From NCBI RefSeq assembly GCF_001194135.2, contig NC_068999.1, positions 19,204,316 to 19,264,409 of the forward strand: a DNA stretch of 60,094 bases. Direction: 5' to 3'. Shown in pieces: positions 14,165 through 24,445 of this stretch. The position numbers and the translations under genes are program-made. Source of the DNA: Octopus bimaculoides (Eukaryota). Position 1 is the first letter of the stretch. Each line of letters starts with the position of its first letter. Under the pieces are notes generated by a model. The model ran no database searches. It was not told the origin of the DNA and was given only the letters and a program-made list of their open reading frames with translations.

Positions 14165-14500
14165 CGTGAAACACCCAATGCTCTGGGATGAGAGAAAGAT
14201 AAAACATTTTAAATTACGACTGAAAGCTTGGGGAGGGGAAGTAGCGAAATATCTTCATGTAAAACAACACAGACATTAAAATGGATAGGGTTTTTCTAAG
14301 GATGTGGTAGTGATGGTCAATACAGTCTTATGGATTTCTATGAGACATTGTTCTCCTGAGATCTTTTTCTGATTTTTGTATATTTTTCTGATTTCCCTTT
14401 TTATCATACCTAGACCTTGCTTTAAGATGCCACAATTTTTCTACTTCTATCTTCGGATACTTATCAAGGTTTTGTTGGACTTTTCTAGAGCCTTTCAGGT
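14165..14500 (-). mobile_element. R4/Dong-like non-LTR retrotransposon: extreme C-terminus of RLE domain plus 3' UTR
   Basis: Degenerate minus-strand reading IEVEKLWHLK..GMIK...KISGEQCLIEIHKTVL..HILRKTLS, typical of the RLE ORF end (EI..LW....GALG.I.....EIQK.VL..TAHILRK.L). Confidence 0.6.
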
Positions 14501-14549
14501 GTGGTGGGTTTAGTACTTGCAGGCCACGGTACCATGCTATTAGTTCCTT

Positions 14550-15560
14550 TCAGCAATCTAATACTTTCCTGATTATTCTGGCCGTGCCGAGGAGACAAAT
14601 CGATCGTAACAGTTCTACTGGGCACTCTATTCCAAATTCATTTGTATTCTTCTTGACACCTTCTGATATTGTTCTCAAGGAAAAACATTAGCTGGCACTA
14701 TCTTCACATTCTTCATTTTCCATGACCAAGTTAAGTCGTTATTAAGAGGATTGTATCTATCTACTTCTTCGCCTTCCTTCTTGAATATTCGTGGGTCAAA
14801 GAGGCATGCAATATTAGTTATATAGCATATGTGGTGCACCTTGTCCACCACCAATAGATCAGGTCTGTTATTCTCTAGCACTTGTTCTGTCTGGATTGGG
14901 AACTCCCTGAAGATTTTGCTAGTCTCCGACTCTGCGACTATCTGCGATTTGTGTTCATACCACGTCTTAACACTCTTTATTCCCCACGTTTTACACCGCA
15001 TCCAATGTAGCACGTTTGCTAAATAATCTTATCGCCACAACTTGTAGTGGTTTTGAGAAAGTCTAGGACATACGTTTGTGATATGGCCAATGGCTTCATC
15101 CACTTTATTGCAGATGCGGCACACCGGAGACACTTGCTCATTCCTCAGGTTGACTCTTCAGTTCCTGTCCTGGACTTAGCTAGGTCCTGCGCTGCCAGTA
15201 TAGTTCTCTCCGTGTATGTTTTAGTGTTCCTTTCATGAGTCAATTCCACATAATTTCTCCAGCGACTTCTGTTGTGTCTACATGGAATTTATTGTGTTGT
15301 CCCTTGTCGCGTAATTTTCTTTCTTGTCTTTTTTGTACTTCTTCCTTTCTTATCCCTTTATTTTTCTTTGCTCACACTAATCCTTTTCTCCCATCTCTCG
15401 CTAGCAAGGTTTCCTTACTTTGAGTGTGAAATCATAAATCAACTATTCCGAAGATTTTATGATTATCTGTTCGCCGCACTTTCCCTTTTGTTTGGTCTTG
15501 TCATGGGTCTTTACTTTTTTAACTGAACACCCCTTATGGACATGTGTTGATGCTTCTTTC
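14550..15560 (-). mobile_element. R4/Dong-like non-LTR retrotransposon, 5'-truncated (CCHC knuckle and RLE endonuclease)
   Basis: Frameshifted readings KGTLK..ERTILAAQDLA; VCRICNKVDEAIGHITNVCP (CCHC); LHW..CK..WYEHK; NNRPDLLVVDK..CYITNIAC..D (PD-(D/E)xK); CLLGTARIIRKVLDC* (stop 14550-14552). Confidence 0.9.
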
Positions 15561-16680
15561 GTAGTTACAATTATAATTATTATTAATGAATCAGAGAGAG
15601 ACCGAGAAGAAATAACAATCTGTATATATACAGAATTTTTATATAAATATCGATGTATATGTAACATGTAAAATTTCAAATTTTACTCCCAATTTTGAAG
15701 TTTTCATATTGAAATGTGTTTACATTTATAGGCACATGTTTCTATAGCGGTTCACCTGGGGGAAGCTATTTTTCGTGTGTGTATATATATATATANNNNN
15801 NNNNNNNNNNNNNNNNNNNNNNNNNNNNNNNNNNNNNNNNNNNNNNNNNNNNNNNNNNNNNNNNNNNNNNNNNNNNNNNNNNNNNNNNNNNNNNNNNNNN
15901 NNNNNNNNNNNNNNNNNNNNNNNNNNNNNNNNNNNNNNNNNNNNNNNNNNNNNNNNNNNNNNNNNNNNNNNNNNNNNNNNNNNNNNNNNNNNNNNNNNNN
16001 NNNNNNNNNNNNNNNNNNNNNNNNNNNNNNNNNNNNNNNNNNNNNNNNNNNNNNNNNNNNNNNNNNNNNNNNNNNNNNNNNNNNNNNNNNNNNNNNNNNN
16101 NNNNNNNNNNNNNNNNNNNNNNNNNNNNNNNNNNNNNNNNNNNNNNNNNNNNNNNNNNNNNNNNNNNNNNNNNNNNNNNNNNNNNNNNNNNNNNNNNNNN
16201 NNNNNNNNNNNNNNNNNNNNNNNNNNNNNNNNNNNNNNNNNNNNNNNNNNNNNNNNNNNNNNNNNNNNNNNNNNNNNNNNNNNNNNNNNNNNNNNNNNNN
16301 NNNNNNNNNNNNNNNNNNNNNNNNNNNNNNNNNNNNNNNNNNNNNNNNNNNNNNNNNNNNNNNNNNNNNNNNNNNNNNNNNNNNNNNNNNNNNNNNNNNN
16401 NNNNNNNNNNNNNNNNNNNNNNNNNNNNNNNNNNNNNNNNNNNNNNNNNNNNNNNNNNNNNNNNNNNNNNNNNNNNNNNNNNNNNNNNNNNNNNNNNNNN
16501 NNNNNNNNNNNNNNNNNNNNNNNNNNNNNNNNNNNNNNNNNNNNNNNNNNNNNNNNNNNNNNNNNNNNNNNNNNNNNNNNNNNNNNNNNNNNNNNNNNNN
16601 NNNNNNNNNNNNNNNNNNNNNNNNNNNNNNNNNNNNNNNNNNNNNNNNNNNNNNNNNNNNNNNNNNNNNNNNNNNNNNNN

Positions 16681-16860
<180 letters not shown>

Positions 16861-17384
16861 TGCGCTTACTTTTTTGTTTTTGTACATACTTGATATGTGT
16901 GTCACACTTTCTTCAAAGAAGTTACAAAGCGAGAGAGAGGAAAACAGAGAGGAAGTAAAAGAGAAAGAGACAGAGAGAGAAAGAGAGACGGAGAGAGAAA
17001 GTGAGAGAGTGAGAAAGACAATGATTGGTGACGGTTTTCGTTTTGTGTTTTTAAATGTTTATCACAGAGTAAGGGAAGTATATACATAAATACATAGACA
17101 GCAAATACTGGATGACAATTTTACTTTTCATTACCACACGAGGATAAAATTAACTCACAAATGACTGAGTACTTCACAGACTTGCATTACATTAATGTAG
17201 TTCTCAGAGAGATTCAGTCTCACACAGAATATGACAAGTTTGGCTCCGTTAAATTTATTTATTGTTTCGTTCTTTTGCATTTCAATTTGTACAATTATAC
17301 TGCTGATTATGTACAAGCACATATGTAAAACGATGTCTTTATGCTTTAATCATTAACTGCTGATATAGGAGGGACAGAGATGGA

Positions 17385-17413
17385 GTGAGAGAGAGAGAGC
17401 GAGAGAGAAATAC

Positions 17414-17459
<46 letters not shown>

Positions 17460-17469
17460 NNNNNNNNNN

Positions 17470-17516
<47 letters not shown>

Positions 17517-17798
17517 GGTCACTCAAATGAAGGTGGTGTTTGTGTTTTCAACCACAGCAAATATTGGATATAGTATACTAAACAAAAACCTAATGCATTC
17601 GTATATGTTTTTCAATTGAAACACTGTATCATTTTGGACATTTACTGTTTTAATAGCAAGAGAAAAACAGAGAGAGAAAGAATGAGAGTGAGAGAGAAAG
17701 AGAGAGTGAGAGAGTGAGAGGGAAAGAGAGAGTGAGAGGGAAAGAGAGTGTGAGAGGGAAAGAGAGAGTGAAACTGAAAGAGAGAGTGAGAGAGAAAG

Positions 17799-17829
<31 letters not shown>

Positions 17830-18406
17830 AAGAGAGAGAGAAAGAAAAAGAGTGAGAGACTGTGAGAGAGAGTGCGAGTGTGAGAGAAAGAGAGAGTGAG
17901 AAAGAAAGAGAGAGTGANNNNNNNNNNNNNNNNNNNNNAGAGAGAGAGAGAAAGAGAGAGAGAAAGAAAAAGAGTGAGAGACTGTGAGAGAGAGTGTGAG
18001 TGTGAGAGAAAGAGAGAGTGAGAAAGAAAGAGAGAGTGAGAGAGAAAGAGAGAGTGAGAGAGAAAGAGAGAGTGAGAGAAAAAGAGAGAGTGAGATAGAA
18101 AGAGAGAGTGAGAGAGAAATAGAGAAAGAGAGAATGAGAGAGAAATAGAGAAAGATAGAGTGAGAGAGAAGTAGAGAAAGAGAGAGTAAGAGAGATGTAG
18201 AGAAAGAGTGAGTGAGAGAGAGTAAGAAAGAAAAAAAGAAAGAGAGAGAAAGAGGGAGAGTGAGAAAGTGAGAGAAAGAAAGAGAGAGAGAGAAAGAGAG
18301 AGAATGAAAGAGAAAGAGATAGGTTGAGAGAGAAACAGACTGAGTGAGAGAGAAAGAGCTTGAAGACACAACTAAAACGATTCCAATCAGTGGCAAAGCA
18401 ACAGGT

Positions 18407-18450
<44 letters not shown>

Positions 18451-18460
18451 AGATGGAGAT
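17385..18460. repeat. GA-rich low-complexity/minisatellite tract (interrupted 17515-17650), with an internal ~95-bp duplication across an N-gap
   Basis: Units such as GAGAGAAAGAGAGAGT; 17822-17917 nearly identical to 17943-18040. Confidence 0.9.
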
Positions 18461-19065
18461 AGAGAAATTGTGTGACAGAGAGAGTGGTGAAAACTTCGTT
18501 TTGAACTATCTGACATTTACTGCCTGTCTGACTGACTCTCTCTCTTCCGGTATGTGCATATATGTGTATGCTTGTATGTATATGTTTGTGCGTGTTGCCC
18601 ATTTGAATTCCTTTCTGCGACTGACCTACCTTAAACTGCTATTAAGGCTCCAACCACACAAACATTTGTTTTAACCCACTTCAACTGCAGCCATACACCA
18701 GAGAACGTGGTATATATTTTTGCTCCAAAATTTAAATTTTAGTATGGTTTTCATTATAAAATTACACCTCAGCTAAAAAACATATTTTGGCTTCATAATA
18801 CAACGTTTTCTTTTCCTTTCTATATTTTTTTAAGTTAGAATGTCCGGCTTATTTGTTGATATGTGTAAGTAAACAAAAACTAAAGGAAACACGACCTTAA
18901 ATAGCACCCATCCTACATCACACTCCTGGAAGACCAACACAACTTCAACTAAAACGTAAGGCTTTCTTTACCTAACGCTATTATTATACCACCATATGCA
19001 TTAATATATCCACTAATTGTTCCTCCTACATCTCTCACACCATGAACTCTTAACATACTCCTCAA

Positions 19066-19117
19066 CATTCTGAAGAGATCTGCCAAACGATTTGGCAAAT
19101 TGAAACGTGCGTAAACG
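19066..19117 (+). ncRNA. Type I hammerhead ribozyme-like motif (probably PLE-associated, partly decayed)
   Basis: CATT-CTGAAGA-GATCTGCCAAA-CGA-TTTGGCAAATT-GAAA-CGTGCGT-A-AACG. Intact core, long stem II, near-palindromic stem III; stem I has one mismatch explainable by CpG decay. Upstream 18900-19010 weakly resembles a GIY-YIG ORF end. Confidence 0.6.
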
Positions 19118-19579
19118 ACTCATTATATAATTTCCACATAATTAAAACAATGGCTAACTAACCCAACCGAATTGCTTCTTCTTGTGTTTGTTTCTCCATT
19201 CTCCACATAACTATATATATATATATGTAATTATGCCTAATACAAACTTATTTGTTTGCATACGATATATATNNNNNNNNNNNNNNNNNNNNNNNNNNNN
19301 NNNNNNNNNNNNNNNNNNNNNNNNNNNNNNNNNNNNNNNNNNNNNNNNNNNNNNNNNNNNNNNNNNNNNNNNNNNNNNNNNNNNNNNNNNNNNNNNNNNN
19401 NNNNNNNTATATATATATATATATATGAATGTATTTGTGTGCATGTGTTTATGGTTTAGGTTAGTTAAAACATGTTTGTGATAAAGAGTGTCGCGTGGGC
19501 GAAATGAACCCTGTCTAATACATTTGTACATGTTTTTCAGTTGAAACACTGTTATTTATTTTGGAGATTTAATAGGTAG

Positions 19580-21110
19580 TTTCAAAATATGGACAATCGC
19601 ATGAGGGACGCAACGCGTTTGCTTCAACGTATGAGAGAACGATTGCGCGAAGCAGCTGTACTTAGAAAATATGAGAAATAGAGTTCAACAAAGAAGGCAA
19701 CATAAGGACGAAGATGAAAGGCAGAATTACCTTCATGGAATCTGAAACACAGAATTATCTTTTGACCGACTGAACTCAAATAAGAAGATGGAATATAATA
19801 AAAGAGCACACAATTCTAAGTTTATGATTGGTGAGATGAAGGTAGTATGCACTCACTGACATGCAGGTAGATTTCTGCAAGAAGCACTTAATATATGCAA
19901 TAATGGTAAGGTTTCCTTTCCGAATCTACGAGAATATCCCGACCAGTTAAAACAACTTTTGGAGAATACCAAAATTGAAGGAATGATATTTAGACAAAAC
20001 ATCAGAAACAATAATTCAACGTATTCATTCGCCTTATTTGGAGCCAATCTTACATCACCCCCTGATCGTGGCCGATACTGTTTCCGCTTGCTAGGACAAG
20101 TCTATCATCACGCAAGCAACTTAATCCTGAAAACAATGAACCTAGAAGATATGCTCAACTCTATATTGTTGATTCTAAAAGAAGCCTTACAAACAAGAAC
20201 TGAAGTGCCTGAAAATATTAATTACTTGCAGTCAGTAATGGAAAAGATTTCTTCAGGGATGCTGAATAATATATATTCTGCAGCATATTCAACAAGAAGG
20301 AAAAGAGCAGCCCGAGAAAATGTTAATCCGAGGAAAGTAACTATGCGTTTCATATCAGGTCCAGATACAATAACCCTGTTAATAATGAAAATGCAGCTGT
20401 ATTTGTAGGGGAATATAGTGCACCACCAGTTCATCGTGACATTGTTATATATCCACGAGGTGAACAAAGACAGCAAATATCGTATCTCTCGCAGCATTTA
20501 GTTCCTATGATTTATCCAATACTATATCCCAATGGAGAATGTGGTTGGCACATATGTATGGAACATGTGCTACAGAGGCAAACAAGAGTTCGCAATAAAA
20601 TCACAATGCAACAATACTATTGATATCGTTTAGCAATAAGGAATGCATTGAATTCCATTCAGAAATCACGCAAGCTACTTCAGCAGTATATTGTTGATGC
20701 TTATTATATCAGAGAGCATCAAAATGAATTAAGAGTTGTATATATTCAGGGATCATGAAACAATTGGTGTCCATGGTATTCTTCCCTCTTCATTTACAGG
20801 CTGTCCAAGAAATATGCAACAGTCATATGAGGAGGCCATATCCATTGTTTGTGAATATAGCAAACCTGAATTATTTTAAACATATTCTTGCGACGCAAGA
20901 AGTCCTGATATTACAAATAACTTGGGACCCACAGAAACAGCTCAAAATAGGCCTGACTTAGTGTCACGTGTGCATAAAGCCCATCTTAATGAAATGATGA
21001 CGGATATTCAAAACATACATGTTCTGAGGGTTCCTGTTACTCACATTCACGTTATTGAATTCCAAAAACGAGGTTCGCCACATTGTCACATGCTATATTC
21101 TGTACCTGTC
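19580..21110 (+). mobile_element. Helitron Rep (HUH endonuclease) pseudogene, helicase half absent
   Basis: Fragmented motifs IGEMKVVCTH..AGRF..CNNGKV; FRQNIRNNNSTYSFALFGA..PPDRGRYCFRLLGQVYH; LLQQYIVDAY; LPSSFTGCPRNMQQSYEEAISIVCEYSKPELF; QNRPDLVSRV; VIEFQKRGSPHCH (EFQ.RG.PH.H HUH motif). Multiple stops and frameshifts. Confidence 0.92.
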
Positions 21111-21124
21111 ACAATATACTTTTC

Positions 21125-21268
21125 TAGGCCTGAAATTCGTGTGGGGAGGGGGCCAGTAATTAGATCGGCTACATTACACTATTGGTACATACATTATCGG
21201 CCTAGAAAGTGCGAAACGCAAAGTCGATCACGGCAGAATTTGAACTCAGAACGTAAAGACAGACGGGC
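21125..21268 (-). mobile_element. SINE family B fragment
   Basis: Contains GCAAAGTCGATCACGGCAGAATTTGAACTCAGAACGTAAAGACAGACG, the reverse of the B-box region; tRNA head missing. Confidence 0.7.
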
Positions 21269-21270
21269 AT

Positions 21271-21695
21271 TATACGAAGCCCAGTATACCCATCATGACT
21301 ACTCGTCTGATAAGTGTACATCAATCGCATGCATCATAATCATATGTGCTCAACATGGTGATCTCATATCAAGATAAACATCGCATGACCTTGCAGTTGA
21401 GGCCCAGTTAGAATTTTCTTCAGGTCGAGTAGCCCATCCCACTCAAATTGTCCTTGAAAAAAGAGTTGCTTAAGGAATAAAACACCCGTGATTCCAGAGG
21501 TGAATTATTCAAACCCCAACGAATTTCTCTGAACAGAGGGCTATGATGCATCCCCACTATTTCTGCTCCCGGTCAGAGGTGCACATATCGTCAGCCACGA
21601 AGGGACATGCGCAAATCTTTATGGACAAACAGACGATAAGCAACTCTCTTGTATTGAGCAGAATATGTGCTGTAGTCCATCTTTTATAACGAAGC
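21271..21695. repeat. Unclassified dispersed repeat (second, inverted, partial copy at 51925-52110)
   Basis: 21480-21670 aligns by eye with the reverse complement of 51945-52105 (e.g. GTATTGAGCAGAATAT vs ATATTCTGCTCAGTAC; GACATGC; TTATTCAAAC). Confidence 0.7.
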
Positions 21696-21699
21696 AAAT

Positions 21700-21705
21700 T
21701 ATTAC

Positions 21706-21768
<63 letters not shown>

Positions 21769-21811
21769 CATTATTATTATTATTATCATTATTATAGNNN
21801 NNNNNNNATTA

Positions 21812-21842
<31 letters not shown>

Positions 21843-21862
21843 TATTATTATTATCATTATTA
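21700..21862. repeat. (TTA)n microsatellite with small gap
   Basis: Direct reading. Confidence 0.97.
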
Positions 21863-21864
21863 TA

Positions 21865-22270
21865 GGTGCAGGATTGGCTGTGTGGTAAGTAGCTTGCTTA
21901 CCAACCACATGGTTCCGGGTTCAGTCCCAATGCATGGCACCTTGCGCAAATGTTTTCTGCTATAGCCTCGGGCCGACCAAAGCCTTGTGAGTGGATTTGG
22001 TAGACAGAACCTGAAATAAGACCGTCGTATATAATGTATATATGTATGTGTGTGTATATGTTGTGTATGTGTTTGCCCCCCCAATATCGCTTGACAACCG
22101 ATGCTGGTGTGTCTAAGTCCCCGTAACTTAGCGGGTCGACAAAAGACCGATAGAATAAGTCTTAGGCTTACAAAGAATAAGTCCTGGGGTTGATTTAATT
22201 CGTCTAAAGGCAGTGCTCTAGCATCGCCGCAGTCAAATGACTTAAACAAGTAAAAGAATAAAAAGAAAAG
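21865..22270 (+). mobile_element. tRNA-derived SINE, family A (abundant octopus SINE type), full length
   Basis: Head GGTGCAGGATTGGCTGTGTGGTAAGTAGCTTGC with B-box GGTTCAGTCCC, central (TA/TG) microsatellite, 3' half ending GCAGTGCTCTAGCATCGCCGCAGTCAAATGACTTAAACAAGTAAAAGAATAAAAAG; homologues at 30533-30949 and 45969-46216. Confidence 0.92.
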
Positions 22271-22292
22271 AAAGAATTATCATTATCATTGT

Positions 22293-22330
<38 letters not shown>

Positions 22331-22404
22331 GAGACGAAATATCCGTGAGCCTGTATAACCATTCAATAAATCTGTCACCATCAATGCTTTCAAAATTTGC
22401 TTCA

Positions 22405-22520
22405 AGGTCGGTAATGTTAGGGAAGGTGCATTGTCAATTCCATCGACCCCATTCCTGAACTGGTACTTATTTTATCGACTTCAACAAGATGAAAGTGAGC
22501 TTAAGCTTGGGTAGAATCTC
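22405..22520 (-). mobile_element. Degenerate SINE family B fragment
   Basis: CCATCGACCCCATTCCTGAACTGGTACTTATTTTATCGAC matches the family B body. Confidence 0.55.
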
Positions 22521-24246
22521 ATTGCAAGTGATAATGATATCAGATAACACATGTTTGTCATATTGGAGGATATCATCCAAAATACGTTCGATCTTTATTA
22601 TTGCTGTTCCGTTCTATGATCTGTTCATTACAGAATATGTTACATATGTGGTGTAGTGACCTAAATGTATACTACAAAATGCTTTCATCGGGCCATCCAA
22701 TATTATTACTATATTGAATGATATCTACTGGGATAATGTAATTTTTTTTATACTTCAGAACATGTTATTGCATAGCTACGAAAGTATGGATTCTCTTTCA
22801 TTATGAGTAAATATATCTGGAAATTCATGCAATATGTTTGTAATTTTTATATTCGGAAATGTATACCTGCAAAATGTCATTACAAATACACATTAGAAAG
22901 ATAATTATACTGAGGCTATTTTAGGTTGAGAACCGAATAGCCACCGTGCTGTGCTTGACGCATAATCTATAGCAGAAAGATATACACAGCAGGTTAACGA
23001 ATTACATTTACAGTAGACTAGCAACTCGTGAAATGTGATACAAACATCTGCTATAGGGTATAAGAATCAATCAAGTGTTCAGGTGTGGGCGACCTATATG
23101 AACATTCCGGGTGATGAAATGTTTCGGAGATAAAAATATTGAGTAAAGAGATAATAAAAATACTGTGAACATATGGAATATATAAATATCTAATATAGAA
23201 ACTATATACTTATCTATCATTATAATGTACGAAATTTGAAAGATGCATGCTGTGCATCTATTTTCTTCCCGTATGGAATATGACAAATGTTGATGCAGTG
23301 GATGACAATGTTCAGGAATGCTGAGAATGTATTACCAGTACACGATAAATTCACGATGTAGAATAACTCATTGCTTCCCACTCGTTTATGTATATGATGA
23401 CTGAGGAATCTGTAACGTATGCAGAATTGGTTTATCAATATTATAGGAATGCTTAAGGCGCACAGCAAATTTTCACTGAATTGTGTTCATAAATATGCAG
23501 TGTGTATTTTTAGCTTGCCTGTAACTTTTCCGCTTAATAAGTTCTCTTAAGAGATAAACAATATTGCTAAAAATTCGTTTTGTGTTACATCTTAGTGTAT
23601 GATGTATCGTTACCAACGTTTCTCGCAGAAAAAAATAACTTGGCATATCTATGTAAACAGTTCATTTCCTTTCTCATGCTTACTATGTATGAAACAACTG
23701 CGTATCATTCAGCCAAGCTCTGAAAAATCGATTTCGTATGTAAGCGTTGAAGAGATAAAATGCAAGAGAATCTGTCGTGAAAATACGAATTCTGAGAATT
23801 GTAAAAATTACAGATAGCTAAGGTATTCTAACTTTCTAAAACACAGATTTCTGGACCACTTCCAAACAACTAAATTTTAAATTGTGAAAGTTATCCCAAC
23901 CAAAAAAAAAAAAAAAAAAAAATTCTTCGAAATACATTCCTCCATTTATTTATAAGACATAGAAAGTACACTCTTAAAGTGCCGTTCATATTTATATGTA
24001 AGTAACTATAACAGAATTCAGGTTTATACCCATTCAATGCGCTCAGTACCCATAATTTATTACGTTCAGCTATTTACTTAATAGTGGAAACAGTGCTAAG
24101 CAGAAAAAATAAGAGAGATAATGTGTCTCACTGAATCATTCTACAATTAATATTGATTTGTCCCGCATTCATATTTCTAGGGTCAGTATTAAGAATTAAT
24201 GTCGTTTCCCAGACCTTCTTGGCTTGAAATTCAAAATTCCTAAACA

Positions 24247-24350
24247 CTAGAGAACATCCATTTTCCATCTATGAGGAAGACATTGAAATACATTCTTGTA
24301 GACTATCCAGGCTACCGAGATGTTTTTCTTGTGACGCTCTTGAATAATCA
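24247..24350 (-). mobile_element. R4-like RT fragment
   Basis: KMIIQERHKKNISVAWIVYKNVFQCLPHRW resembles NLSVAWIDYKKAFDSVPHSW. Confidence 0.7.
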
Positions 24351-24373
24351 TTTTGTTATCAACATCATCATCA

Positions 24374-24376
<3 letters not shown>

Positions 24377-24444
<68 letters not shown>
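24377..24444. repeat. (AAT)n tract (minus strand), 3' tail of the LINE at 24446-26850
   Basis: Directly follows the element's 3' UTR on the minus strand. Confidence 0.9.
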
Positions 24445-24445
24445 G

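Noticed and set aside
13463-14178. 174-aa and 111-aa ORFs
   Set aside because: The first starts inside a SINE antisense strand; neither shows a domain I recognise.
21546-21598. Minus-strand CTGACGA...GAAA in the unclassified repeat
   Set aside because: No proper stem II, III or I, and the core is not retained in the 52.0 kb copy.
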